A stretch of 64,000 bases of DNA from Mobula hypostoma (GCF_963921235.1 NC_086097.1:88042001-88106000); one strand, 5' to 3'. Shown: positions 12,700 to 25,758, counted from the stretch's first letter. Notes: generated by a model from the sequence alone, not told the origin. Translations and numbers: made by a program.

Positions 12700-14000
12700 T
12701 AGAGGCGGTACTAGGAGGACTGGCTCTGCATATTACTGGGGCATGTGGCAAAAATTGTAAAAGGAAGCGAAGGTTGAAATTATAGAAGTACTTGCCACAA
12801 TGTTCCATATGTCCTTAATATCGGGTATTGCCAGAGGACTTGAGAATTGCAAATATTACACTTTCATTCAGAAAGTAATTAAAGACAACTACAGGCCACT
12901 AGCTACTAACCTTATCAGTAAAATGATTAATTACCCAGGATCACTGATTAATAATCCGGGATAAAAAAAAATCCAGTCCTTTGGATGGGTATGGAGTAAT
13001 GAATGTAACATATCATAGGTACATAAGAGATAAAAACAAGAGAAAATCTGCAGATGCTGGAAATCTGAGCAACACACACAAAATGCTGGAGGAACTCAGC
13101 AGGCCAGGCAGCGTCTATGGAGGAGAATAAACAGTCAACGTTTCGGGCAAAAACCCTTCATCAGGCCAAAAGATAAATTGTTTTTAACTAACCTGATCAA
13201 AATTTTGACAGTGTGTATTAATGAGAATAATATAATGATGTTATGTAAATTTTAGTTTGATAAAATGCCATATAATAACAAGGCTGAAGCCCATGAAATG
13301 AAGGAGCAGTGACAACATGGATATGAAATTAGATTTAAACTAGAAAGTAGAGTTGCAGTGAATGAGCTACTTGGGAAAAATTATCACCCATCTGAAACAC
13401 TAATTGTCTTTTTCTCTCCACAGATGCCATCCGATCTGATATTTCCAGCAATTTCTGTTCATAGTTCTGGCATCCATGGTTTTTTGATCATCAAGTTGAT
13501 TTTTGGATTACTGGAAAGTAGATGGTGGTGTTAACTTGAGCTAGCGGTGGGCAGCATTGCTTTATCTCACAAATTGGATTTGGTTGTAAAGGCAGCAGAA
13601 TTTGGAGGTGATACAAAATTTGGAAGTAAAATGTACAATGATGAAAATAGTGTTGGATATGAAAAAGAGCAGGACACCCTGGTAGAATGAGTTATGCTTT
13701 ATTGAATTTCTTTTATGTTCTAGAATTAAATTTACTGCAGAAAATGCAAATTGATGCATGATAGGAAGGGCAAAGAAATACTCTATAATGTAAAGAGTTT
13801 ATAGTAAGAGTCCTGGGGGTAAATGTGCAGAGATCTTTGAAGGTAGCAATGTAAGTTGGGAAAGTGGTTAAAAAGGCATCTGGAAACTTAGACTTCATAA
13901 ACAGAGGATCTGAGCAGAAAAATAAGGAAGTTAAAATGATCCTTTGTATCAAACTGGGTCAGTGGCAAATTTTATATTGTTTCTACTTTTGATAGAGGTA
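12700..14000 (+). mobile_element. Highly degenerate CR1 RT remnant, with a PLE fragment at ~13035-13170
   Basis: Degenerate GAGGACTTGAGAATTGCAAAT, AACTACAGGCCA and AAATTTACTGCAGAAAAATGC segments are colinear with CR1 ORF2. Confidence 0.5.
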
Positions 14001-14394
14001 ATCCTAATTCTGGAGTGGGAATGATGAAGGTTGAACAATTTTGTATTCATTCTGCAGATAATATTCACTCCCATAGGAAAATTTGTTGGAGATGGGATGC
14101 AATATTGTGGCAAAATAGAGATTAGAAAAATATTGCCTGATCTTAATCTGCAGTAGGACTGGATTCACGGTGGGAACATTGATTAGAATCACACACAGCT
14201 TGTCTTTATACAACAATTATAGAATGGAGATGGACTTCTGAATTCAGTCACATTGCGAAAGGATTCTCCATAGAATTTCCTGCTTGACAGTCAGATATTT
14301 TTTGCAAAGACATTTTCTGGCCAGTATGATGATGTGGCTGAGGAGATGGCCCTGCGTGAGGTAGACACCTGAAAGACTCCTCCATAGTTTCCAG

Positions 14395-15285
14395 TGTTAC
14401 ATGCTCAAGGAGATCTGTGTTTTTTTTTGTGAGAATGATGTAATGGTCTTTTGGAGGTCACCTGATGTGATTTTCCCATCAATATGAGGTCACGTGTAGA
14501 CATGTGCCCCATGGCTATATAAGGGACGACCCGGATGATGCAGTAGGTTTTTTTTTTAGTTTGTAGATTTCCAGGTAGAACTTGCTGTATCTCCGTTTCT
14601 GTTGCATGTTTGTTTTTGTGACACAGTTTCATTTTTAAAATGGTTGTGCATTCTGTTGCAAGATACCATATTATTGGACTGGAAATTTTTGCTAGATGTG
14701 TTGGTTTACTCAATCCCAACAGTAGAAGGGAGAGCGAAGAATTTACCGAAGTACAGGACCGAAGGATCGAGAGGAGTCGGCATCGTTTGGCAGTTTAATA
14801 AAGGACCGACCTTATTGAGTCTTCGTTGGAGGAGTAGCTACCTGCATCGAGGATATTTCTTGCCAAAAAAAGCAAGGAGTTCATGCAAAGGTGTGCTCTG
14901 TCTCTAAAGGAATTTAAGGTCAGTTGATTTAAACTGTTTATTTTCAGCATCGTGAATCCTGTGGACAGAACCAGCAGGAAAGTTGCATCTGTGAAGAAAT
15001 CCTTCTCCAGAGAAGTCTCTCTCAATTGAACGTGTAAATCTGTTGGACTTTCGAAGTTATCACTTTAAGAACTATATCTGACTGTATTGCTTTAAGAACT
15101 GTTTTCGCATTTAACGCTTTAAGAACCAGAGCCGAGTGAAGTTGGTGAACGGCTGCATACCTGTTAACCTCCAGTTAAAGTTTTCCATTTTATTTTTCCT
15201 TATTGTTTATACGTGTTTAATAAATGTTTGGTTGTTTTTATAAAACCTGTCTCAGTTAATATTCATTGTTGCCGTTTACGTAACA
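14395..15285 (+). repeat. 5' LTR (891 bp)
   Basis: TG...CA ends; TATATAA at 14516-14522; AATAAA at 15219-15224; direct repeat of 17984-18854. Confidence 0.95.
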
Positions 15286-15286
15286 G

Positions 15287-16270
15287 GTGACAATAGCAAG
15301 AAGCCTAGTTTATTGGCCTAGTTTAAGACAAGATGTGGCAACATTTTGTAGAACGTGTCATACATGTCAAATTGTTGGTAAACCTAATCAGGTTACTCCA
15401 GTGGCCCCACTGCAACCTATTCCAGTATTCGGTGAGCCATTCTCAAAAATCATTGTAGACTGTGTAGGTCCTTTGCCAGAAACTAAAACTGGATATCAAT
15501 ATTTATTAACTATTATGTGCACAGTGTCTAGGTTTCCAGAGGCAGTACCTCTTAGGAATATAACAGCCAAAACTGTGACAAAGGCTCTTATAAAATTCTT
15601 TACTTATTTTGGGTTGCCTAAGGAAATACAATCAGATCAAGGTAGTAATTTTATGTCAGGGTTGTTTCAGCAGATAGTTTATAAACCGGGGACAAAGCAG
15701 ATTATTTCCTCAGCCTATCATCCAGAATCACAAGGAGCCTTGGAGAGATTTCATTCTACACTAAAACCTATGATTAGGACATATTGTGTAGAAAATGAAA
15801 AGGACTGGAATGAAGGTATACATTTACTGCTTTTTGCAGTAAGAGAGGCAGTGCAGGAATCATTAGGCTTTAGTCCTTTTGAACTTGTGTTTGGACATAG
15901 AGTTTGTGGACCTTTGGCTTTGTTGAAGGAACAGTGGATTAATAAAGAAGTACACACTAGTTTGCTAGATTATGTTTTGAAATTTAAAGACAGATTGTAC
16001 AAAACTTGTAGCTTGGCCAAGGAAAATTTAAAGTTAGCTCAAGAGAAGATGAAGATGTGGTATGATAAGGAAGCTAGGATGAGGTCATTTAAGCCTGGAG
16101 ATAAGGTGTTGGTTCTTTTCCCAGTGCAAACGAACCCATTATAAGCCAAATTCCATGGTCCTTATGAGATTAAATCTAAAGTAATTGATGTTGCTTATGT
16201 GGTAAAAATCCCAGATCGGAGGAAGACAACACAGCTGTGTTATAAAAATATGATAAAACCGCATTATGAG
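15287..16270 (+). pseudogene. Retrotransposon integrase (N-truncated zinc finger, DDE core, GPY/F C-terminus)
   Basis: YWPSLRQDVATFCRTCHTCQ; IIVDCVGPLP; IQSDQGSNF; SQGALERFH; FKPGDKVLVL. Stop at 16142, then KFHGPYEI. Confidence 0.92.
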
Positions 16271-16453
16271 AGAGAGATTGCCACTATGACTGTTGTGATC
16301 AATAATGAGTCTGATCTTGATGAAAACTTACTGGAGGATTCATCTGAAACTCATTTTAAACCCAACATTATTTCAGCCAGGTTACCAAATTCAAAAATTC
16401 TGTAAAATATTGATGAAACATTAGCTCATTTACAGCCAGAGCAGAGAGAGCAG

Positions 16454-17826
16454 ATGAAACAGTTAATTTTTAAATATAGAGATTTATTTCCAGACGTCCC
16501 TAGAAGAACCACCGTAGCTACGCATGATGTAGATGTTGGAGATGCAAAACCCATAAAACAACATCCGTATCGAATGAACAGGCAAAAATGTGAACTTCCT
16601 GAACAAGAAATTAAGTATATGTTAGGGAATGATATTATTAGACATTCTAATTCGAATTGGAGTTCACCGTGTGTTATGGTGCCTAAGCCAGACAATAGTA
16701 TTAGGTTTTGTACGGATTACAGGAAGGTGAATGCTGTTGCAAAAACTGACGCATATCCAATCCTTAGAGTAGATGATTGTGTGGATAAAATTGGACAGGC
16801 CAAATTCCTTACAAAAATTGATTTGTTAAAAGGTTATTGGTGTGTTCCATTGACGGATAGAGGTAGAGAGATTTCTGCATTTGAAACCCCATCTGGGTTA
16901 TATGAATATAATGTTCTTCCATTTTGGATGAAGAATGCACCAGGTACTTTTCAGAGGATGATTAATGGTGTGATTCAGGGATTAAAAGATACAGATGCCT
17001 ATATTGATGATTTGGTTACAGGGAATAATACGTAGAAAGCACATGTTACGGCAGTGAAGAAATTATTTGAGAGACTTTCAAAAGCTAACTTAACTATTAA
17101 TTTAGCTAAAAGTGAATTTGGTCATGCCACAGTGACTTACCTTGGTTATATTGTGGGTCAGGGAAAATTAGCACCTGTTCAAGCAAAAGTTCGGGCAATT
17201 TTGGAAGTACCCACTCCAACTGGTAGAAAAACTCTCAGAAGATTTTTGGGTATGGTAGGATATTACAGAAAATTTTGTAAAGATTTTGCAAACATTGCTC
17301 TTCCCTTAACTAATCTCTTGAAAAAAAAGAGAAATTTGTTTGGACAGAGTCTTGTCAGGAGGCAGTTGATAAATTGAAAGCTATAATATGTAGTCAACCT
17401 ATACTTAAATCTCCCGACTTTGAAAAACCATTTTCGTTAGCTGTAGATGCTAGCAATGAAGCTGCAGGAGCAGTGTTACTTCAAAAAGATGATGGTGATG
17501 AAGCTGACCGTCCGGTAGCTTATTTTTCTAAGAAATTGAATGCTCATCAAAGAAATTATTCAACAATAGAAAAAGAATTGTTATCTCTTGTTTTAGCTTT
17601 GCAACATTTTGAAGTGTATGTTGGTTCTACTCATAAACCATTCACAGTTCATACCGATTACAATCCGTTAGTGTTTTTGAGTAAGATGAAAAACAAAAAT
17701 AGAAGATTATTAAATTGGAGTTTAATGTTACAGGAGTACAATATTTTGATCATTCATATTAAGGGTAAAGACAATGTGATCGCTGATTGTCTAGATGTTA
17801 AATGTTTTTTTGGAGTGATATTTTAA
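16454..17826 (+). pseudogene. Gypsy reverse transcriptase plus RNase H (one stop, one frameshift)
   Basis: PIKQHPYR, WSSPCVMVPK, RFCTDYRKVN, KIDLLKGYW, LPFWMKNAP, AYIDD. RNase H: VDAS, EKELL, HTDYNPL, NVIADCL. Confidence 0.92.
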
Positions 17827-17983
17827 CATTTGTAAGACTCCTACTGTACATTAGTTTGTAAAGGGCTGAAAGATAAGATTGTATATATTGGGTATTTTGT
17901 AAATTTTATACCTTTGTATTTTTTTGTATAAATTGTTAAAATTTTGTTCTTCAAGAGACCAAAAATTTTTTTTTGGAGGGAGG

Positions 17984-18854
17984 TGTTACGTACTCAAGGA
18001 GATCTTTGTTTTTTTTTGAGAATGATGTAATGGTCTTTTGGAGGTCACCTGATGTGATTTTCCCGCCGATGTGAGGTCATGTGATGACATGTGCCCCATG
18101 ACTATGTAAGGGACGACCTGGATGCTGCAGTAGGTTTTTTTCAGTTTGTAGATTTCCAGGTATAACGTGCGTGTTTGTTTTTGTGACGCAGTTTTATTTT
18201 TAAAACGGTTGTGCATTCTGTTGCAAGATACCATATTATTGGACTGGAAATTTTTGCTAGATGTGTTGGTTTACCCAATTCCAACAGTAGAAGGGACAGT
18301 GAAGAATTTATCAAAGTACAGGACTGAAGGATCGAGAGGAGTCAGCATCGTTTGGCAGTTTAGTAAAGGATCGACCTTATTGAGTCTTCGTTGGAGGAGT
18401 AGCTACCTGCATCGAGGATAACTCTTGCCAAAAAGAGAAAGGAGTTCATGCAAAGGTGTGCTCTCTCTCTAAAGGAATTTAAGGTCAGCTGATGTAAACT
18501 GTTTATTTTCGGCATCGTGAATCCTGTGGACAGAACCAGCAGGAAAGTTGCATCTGTGGAGAAATCCTTCTCCAGAGAAATCTCTCCCAATTGAATGTGT
18601 AAATCTGTTGGACTTTCGAGGTTATCGCTTTAAGAACTATATCTGACTGTATCGCTTTAAGAACTGTTTTTGCATTTAACGCTTAAAGAACCAGAGTCAA
18701 GTGGCGAGTTGGTGAACGGCTGCATATCTGTTAACTTCCGGTTAAAGTTTTCATTTGTTTTTTTTTCCTTATCGCTTATCCGTGTTTAATAAATGTTTGG
18801 TTGTTTTTATATAACCTGTTTTGATTAATATTCATTGTTGCCGGTTACGTAACA
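17984..18854 (+). repeat. 3' LTR (871 bp)
   Basis: Direct repeat of the 5' LTR with scattered substitutions and a ~20-bp deletion; preceded by the polypurine tract. Confidence 0.95.
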
Positions 18855-19429
18855 CCAGCTGAACCTGCCTTTCAACCTGTTGACTTCCAACTACGGTGTG
18901 TTTAATGGTCAACCACTCTTTAAAAGTTGGAGCAATAATGATAACTAGAGCCAATGAGATGCACAGATGTACAAATTGTATAAACTTGGGTCCGCATTTT
19001 ACTCTGTGGTCCGATATGTAACCTGGAGTAATGTAATGAAGTTTGAGGAAGTCCTGCTCTCTTGGAAGGACATTTTCACTGTTGAGCTTTGTGTTTTGGG
19101 TTGAAGAATTCTTGGTAATTTACAAAATCAAAGCACAGGCTCCCTCACTCCCTTCCTTAGCTATTGTTTGTCTTTGAACAAGCATTAATAATGAAAACAC
19201 GAGGTGCCTGGTCATTATCACAATCCCCCACACCGCCTCTCCCTTTCTGGCCATTACACAAAAGATATAAAGAATTTTGATTTATGATGTACAGTGAAAG
19301 AAAATAGAAACTGAAAATTCAGAGCGGTGACAAATAATTGCAAACATTATTCAAATCTTTTTAAAGTTACAAATAAAATTATTTAGTTAATTAATTACAG
19401 TAAAACTATTTTCATCAACAATTTTAGAG

Positions 19430-20545
19430 CATACATTAGTAGTCCACTAATTCATTGCTTTTTCACCTTTCAATGAGATGGATGACTTTGGTGCAGTGAT
19501 ATCAGCTTCTCAACATCAGGTTGAATGTCACTCAGAGGAGTCACTGATCCCCATGTTCAGTAATTTGCAGTCTGTTTTGTTGTTTTGAAAGAAGTTGGGT
19601 GACTGTACTGAAACTGCACTCCACTAAATAGAATGTTAGAAAGGCAATGAAGAATATCTTGACCTTTTTCCACAGCGCAGGATAATGTTCAGAGAAGTCT
19701 TTCTGTAACCAAATGCTTTGATATGATTTTCTGAACCTCAGCTTCAGCTCAAAGTAGTTTCTTTAAGATCAGTTCTTCCTCCACCCTTTTTGTTAATTCC
19801 TCATTACAAGTGTTCAGGAATGGATTTATTACACGATCTGGAATTTGGATCCAGAGAAGATGCTGAAAACTCTTTGACATGTCTTTATGAGGCTCAGCTC
19901 ATTAGTCTTTAGTGTACTTAAAGATAAATCATCTGGTATTCTTTCTTTCTCTTCCAACTCAGAAAGGCTCAGAATTTAGTAAAGGTTGCGATGCCTAATG
20001 TTACACTTAAATAGAGTTAACTTGGACAAAAATGTGGAGGTGAATGATTTCACTTTGATAAGATTCACATCACTTCATTGCAGTTGAAGATTGATTTCAT
20101 TAAACCTTGTGAATAATTCTGTAGGAAAACAATGTCATGCCTAATATCCTTGAGTTGATAGCCGAATGAAACATTTGATTCTTCAAAGAATTTTATCACA
20201 ATTTCAAAAAGCCCATAAAAGCACCTCAGCAATTTCCTTTTGAGAGCCATTTGACTTCTGTGTGCAACAGCAAGCATTCAAGTGATTCATCATTCTCAGT
20301 GCAAAGCTCTCGAAATAGTTGATAATTGAGAGCATGGTACTTGGTTTTATTTATCACTGTATTAACAGTATTTAATGATTTGTGAAGCTGATCACATAGG
20401 TTTTTTTGTAACAAGATGCTGTCTGTGAATTACACAGTGAGTGGTAAATATGTTAGGTACATTTTTTTTCAAGAGAGTAATAACCCCTTGATGGCATCCT
20501 GAATTAATGGCATTGCACAAACAAAAATGTTGGTGGGCAGATTAG
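19430..20545 (-). mobile_element. hAT (Charlie/Buster group) transposase remnant
   Basis: LLLHTEVKWLSKG motif (20226..20414). C-terminal RLQITEHGD..IQPDVEKLISLHQSHPSH-stop at ~19470-19575. Multiple frameshifts. Confidence 0.8.
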
Positions 20546-21203
20546 CCTGTTGCTGAGAGTGGTAACAGGAATGTGTTATTGTCTCATCCTGTCAGAAGGT
20601 AACAAGGTGTGTTGAGATAAAGCAGCACCAGGTGGGAAGGGATGGTACTAAGTGGGGTCATGAAGACTGATTTTGAGTATTTGTTCATTGTAAGAAAGCA
20701 GGCAGCAGCCAAAGAGCCCATTGTAGCCTGTTTGTGCTCCAGTAAAGTTGGGGTTTGGTTGGGACAGAATGGGAAGCTTGGAGCTTATTTACAGGATAAT
20801 TGGAGCAAGGCCTAATCTTTACTGGTGGAAATGATTAATGATGGCAGAGACCTAATGGACCTGCAGAGCTATATACAACATCATTTACTCTGTAATTAAT
20901 TGGGTTACTTTATCTCATTTGCTGCTTTCTCTCAAACCCCTGGCCTTGAAGGAAATGCAGGGAGGTGAACTCATCTGACAGAGTCACGGAGAGATACAGT
21001 GCTGAAACAGGTCTGCTGGCCCACCAAATCTGCACTGATCAACCAGCAGCCATTTTTACACCAATTTTAATCTAATCCACTCTATTCTCCTTACATTCCC
21101 ACCAATTCTTTCTTTCCTCATCTCCATCTTTGCTAGATTATACCAGTCAGCAGCACAACATAGCCAATTTACATTGGCTGATTGACCAACTGAATGCATG
21201 CCT

Positions 21204-22048
21204 CACACATCAAAGTTGCTGGTGAACGCAGCAGACCAGGCAGCATCTCTAGGAAGAGGTACAGTCGACGTTTTGGGCTGAGACCCTTCGTCAGGACTAA
21301 CTGAAGGAAGAGCTAGTAAGAGATTTGAAAGTGGGAGGCGGAGGGGGAGATCCAAAATGATAGGAGAAGACAGGAGGGGGAGGGATGGAGCCAAGAGCTG
21401 GATAGGTGATTGGCAAAAGGAATATGAGAGGATCATGGGACAGGAGGCCCAGGGAGCAGGGAAAGGGGGAGGGAGGAATACCCAGAGGATGGGCAAGAGG
21501 TATAGTCAGAGGGACAGAGAGAGAAAAAGGAGAGAGAGAGAAAGAATGTGTGTATATAATTAAATAACGGATGGGGTATGAGGGGGAGGTGGGGCATTAG
21601 TGGAAGTTAGAGAAGTCAATGTTCATGCCATCAGGTTGGAGGCTACCCAGACGGAATATAAGGTGTTGTTCCTCCAACCTGAGTGGGGCCTCAACTTTAC
21701 AGTAGAGGAGGCCGTGGATAGACATATCAGAATGGGAATGGGATGTGGAATTAAAATGTGTGGCCACTGGGAGATCCTGCTTTTTGTTTGCCAATCACCT
21801 GTCCAGCTCTTGGCTCCATCACTCCCCCTCCTGTTTTCTCCTATCAATTTGGATCTCCCCCTCCGCCTCCCACTTTCAAATCTCTTACCAGCTCTTCCTT
21901 CAGTTAGTCCTGACGAAGGGTCTCGGCCTGAAATGTCGACTGTACCTCTTCCTAGAGATGCTGCCTGGCCTGCTGTGTTCACCAGCAACTTTGATGTGTG
22001 TTGCTTGAATTTCCAGCATCTGCAGAATTCCTCATGTTTGTGTTTTTA
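21204..22048. mobile_element. Penelope-like element: GIY-YIG C-terminus between inverted terminal repeats
   Basis: ORF 21597..21794 QDLPVATHFNSTSHSHSDM..LEEQHLIFRLGSLQPDGMNIDF. Arms 21204-21415 and 21788-22000 are inverted. TSD AATGCATGCCT at 21193-21203 and 22049-22059. Confidence 0.9.
21906..21941 (+). ncRNA. Minimal type-I hammerhead ribozyme-like motif
   Basis: AGTC-CTGACGA-AGGGTCTCGGCCT-GAAA-TGTC-GACT; conserved core boxes closed by AGTC/GACT stem I. Confidence 0.6.
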
Positions 22049-23024
22049 AATGCATGCCTTTTGCATTCGGGGTGCAGCTGGAACACATAGTGGAAACCCA
22101 TTTGGGCACAGGGAGAATGTACAAACAACACAGAGATCACGCCCATGAACAGGTTTGAATCTCCGACACTCGGTCTATGAGGCAGTAGGTGTCCTAGCAA
22201 TGCTGCTGGTGTATTTGCTTAGCTGCCCGTTCACTTATTTTCCTAAAGCACAGTGCTTCCTTTTAGTTAGTGATTACTTTTGGGATTCGTTGAAAGTCAA
22301 TACCTGTCCAGCCAACAATAGTGCCCTAAGCAATTAGATCTAAATTGGTAGAGATGCTGTAAGTATGGTCTTTTTCTGCATAACTACCTTAAAATTACAT
22401 CAAGGAGTACTGCAAAATACATGTTTAAGGTGTTTATACTAAAGTTTCTTGATGTAAATTGCGACTAGGTTGACAGGTAAAGTGGCAGAAGAATATACAT
22501 CATATTTTTATCCCAAAGAAAAGGATAAGTGACAAACATTTCAATTATATTAAAAATTGTCCTTGTTTTGCCTTTACATTTTGGCCGGAACTCAATGTTA
22601 CAGAGCATGTTATATAAGCTAAAACTGAATAGTAAATATATTTATTGGAACTGTAGTGAAAATAATTAGAAGTCTCTGGTTGTAACTGCTTTTGTGGATA
22701 TTCCTGCTGAAAAATGTATCTTTGCTAATTTTCCATGAATTGATATCTCTCAGCTGCAATGCAGTTCAAGCAAAACAGAATATATTCACATGTTAATATT
22801 TGATAGGGAGGAATTAGAAAGCCAAGACTGATATTTAGTAATCTATAGATCAGCTGTGCCTGATTTGCCAAGGTCTATAGAATAATTGCAAAATAATCCT
22901 GTCCCCCACCCCGTTTCAAAAGTAAACAAAAACAGCAACAAAAAAATCTCAGAGAATGTTCAGAATTGGTCATTTGATGAAAAATCAAAGTGTATTCTTC
23001 CAGATGATGTCAAATCACCTTTTT

Positions 23025-25758
23025 GAACATAATAGAACATAGAATAGTACAGCACAGTACAGGCCCTTCGGCCCACAATGTTGTGCCGACCCTCAAACCC
23101 TGCCTCCCATATAAGCCCCCACCTTAAATTCCTCCATATACCTGTCTAGTAGTCTCTTAAACTTCACTAGTGTATCTGTCTCCACCACTGACTCAGGCAG
23201 TGCATTCCACACACCAACCACTCTCTGAGTAAAAAACCTTCCTCTAATATCCCCCTTGAACTTCCCACCCCTTACCTTAAAGCCATGTCCTCTTGTATTG
23301 AGCGGTGGTGCCCTGGGGCAAAGATGCTGGCTGTTCACTCTATCTATTCCTCTTATTATCTTGTACACCTCTATCATGTCTCCTCTCATCCTCCTACTCT
23401 CCAAAGAGTAAAGCCCTAGCTCCCTTAATCTCTGATCATAATGCATACTTTCTAAACCCGGCAGCATCCTGGTAGATCTCCTCTGTACCCTTTCCAATGC
23501 TTCCACATCCTTCCTATAGTGAGGTGACCAGAACTGGACACAATACTCCAAGTTTGGCCTAATCAGAGTTTTATAGAACTGCATCATTACCTCGCGACAC
23601 TTAAACTCTATCCCTCGACTTATGAAAGCTAACACCCCATAAGCTTTCTTAACTACCCTATCCAGGCAACTTTCAGGGATCTGTAGACATGTACCCCAAG
23701 ATCCCTCTGCTCCTCCACAGTACCAAGTATCCTGCCATTTACTTTGTACTCTGCCTTGAAGTTTGTCCTTCCGAAGTGTACCACCTCACACTTCTCCGGG
23801 TTGAACTCCATCTGCCACTTCTCAGCCCACTCCTGCATCCTATCAATGTCTCTCTGCAATCTTTGACAATCCTCTACACTATCTACAACACCACCAACCT
23901 TTGTGTCCTCTGCAAACTTGCCAACCCACCCTTCTACCCCCACATCCAGGTCGTTAATAAAAAAATCACGAAAAGTAGAGGTCCCAGAACAGATCCTTGT
24001 GGGACACCACTAGTCACAATCCTCCAATCTGAATGTACTCCCTCCACCACCACCCTCTGCCTTCTGCAGGCAAGCCAATTCTGAATCCACCTGGCCAAAC
24101 TTCCCTGGATCCCATGCCTTCTAACTTTCTGAATAAGCCTACCGTGTGGAACCTTGTCAAATGCCTTACTAAAATCCATATAGATCACATCCACTGCACT
24201 ACCCTCATCTATATGCCTGGTCACCTCCTCAAAGAACTCTATCAGGCTTGTTAGACACGATCTGCCCTTCACAAAGCCATGCTGACTGTCCCTGATCAAA
24301 CCATGATTCTCTAAATGCCTATAGATCCTATCTCTAAGAATCTTTTCCAACAGCTTTCCCACCACAGACGTAAGGCTCACTGGTCTATAATTACCCTGAC
24401 TATCCCTACTACCTTTTTTGAACAAGGGAACAACATTCCCCTCCCTCCAATCCTCTGGTACCATTCCCGTGGACAACGAGGACATAAAGATCCTAGCCAG
24501 AGGCTCAGCAATCTCTTCTCTCGCCTTGTGGAGCAGCCTGGGGAATATTCCGTCAGGCCCCGGGGACTTATCCGTCCTAATGTATTTTAACAACTCCAAC
24601 ACCTCCTCTCCCTTAATATCAACATGCTCCAGAACATCAGCCTCACTCATATTGTCCTCACCATCATCAAGTTCCCTCTCATTGGTGAATACCGAAAAGA
24701 AGTATTCATTGAGGACCTCGCTCACTTCCTCAGCCTCCAGGCACATCTTCCCACTTTTATCTCTAATCGGTCCTACCTTCACTCCTGTCATCCTTTTTTT
24801 CTTCACATAATTGAAGAATGCCTTGGGGTTTTCCTTTACCCTACTCGCCAAGGCCTTCTCATGCCTCCTTCTTGCTCTTCTCAGCCCCTTCTTAAGCTCC
24901 TTTCTTGCTTCCCTATATTCCTCAATAGACCCACCTGATCCTTGCTTCCTAAACCTCATGTATGCTGCCTTCTTCCACCTGACTAGATTTTCCACCTCAC
25001 TTGTCACTCATGGTTCCTTCACCCTACCATTCTTTATCTTCCTCACCGGGGCAAATTTATCCCTAACATCCTGCAAGAGATCTCTAAATGTCGACCACAT
25101 GTCCATAGTACATTTCCCTGCAAAAACATCATCCCAATTCACACCCGCAAGTTCTAGCCTTATAGCCTCATAATTTGCCTTTCCCCAATTAAAAGTTTTC
25201 CTGTCCTCTTTGACTCTATCCTTTTCCATGATAATTATAAAGGCCAGGGAGCGGTGGTCACTGTCCCCCAGATGCTCACCCACTGAGAGATCTATGACCT
25301 GACCCGGTTCATTACCTAGTACTAGATCTAGTATGGCATTCCACCTGGTCGGCCTGTCCACATACTGTGACAGGAATCCATCCTGGACACACTTAACAAA
25401 TTCTGCCCCATCTAAACCCTTGGAACTAAGCAGGTGCCAATCAATATTAGGGAAGTTAAAGTCACCCATGATAACAACCCTGTTATTTTTGCACCTTTCC
25501 AAAATCTGCCTCCCAATCTGCTCCTCTGTATCTCTGCTGCTACCAGGGTGCCTATAGAATACCCCCAGTAGAGGAACTGCTCCCTTCCTGTTCCTGACTT
25601 CCACCCATATTGACTCAAAAGAGGTTCCTGCTATATTATCCACCCTTTCTGTAGCTGTAATAGTATCCCTGACCAATAATGCCACCCCTCCTCCCCTTTT
25701 TCCGCCCTCTCTATCCCTTTTAAAGCACTGAAATCCAGGAATATTGAGAATCCATTCC
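23025..25758 (-). mobile_element. Young 5'-truncated CR1 LINE (APE plus RT plus 3' UTR)
   Basis: ORFs 25008..25685 (GDFNFPNIDW, LDLVL, SDH), 23934..25007 (QHGF, DFSKAFDKVPH, GVPQGSVLGP), 23653..23943 and 23093..23635. AGAACAT tandem tail on the + strand at ~23025-23045. Confidence 0.92.

Larger units (their letters stand above)
14395..18854 (+). mobile_element. Gypsy/Ty3 LTR retrotransposon, Gmr1-like (IN-RT-RH order), internally deleted
   Basis: Two TGTTAC...GTAACA LTRs, CCAG TSD (14391-14394, 18855-18858), polypurine tract GGAGGGAGG at 17975-17983. The integrase ORF precedes RT and RNase H. Confidence 0.95.
20985..22215 (-). mobile_element. V-SINE (HE1-like) interrupted by a Penelope-like insertion
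   Basis: V-domain-like CAGGGAGAATGTACAAAC at ~22110 with a tRNA-like head at ~22150-22210; CR1-like tail at ~20990-21100. Confidence 0.55.

Noticed and set aside
14405..18590. Duplicated small ORFs (14602..14907 vs 18167..18421; 14795..15025 vs 18360..18590) resembling paralogous genes
   Set aside because: They are the same sequence present in both LTRs; no protein motif is recognisable.
4075..25557. Plus-strand ORFs overlapping the CR1 elements (e.g. 5231..5650, 23689..24084, 24418..24810)
   Set aside because: They are antisense shadows of CR1 ORF2.
3583..25685. Active autonomous LINEs
   Set aside because: Both young CR1 copies are 5'-truncated within the endonuclease, contain stops or frameshifts, and lack ORF1.
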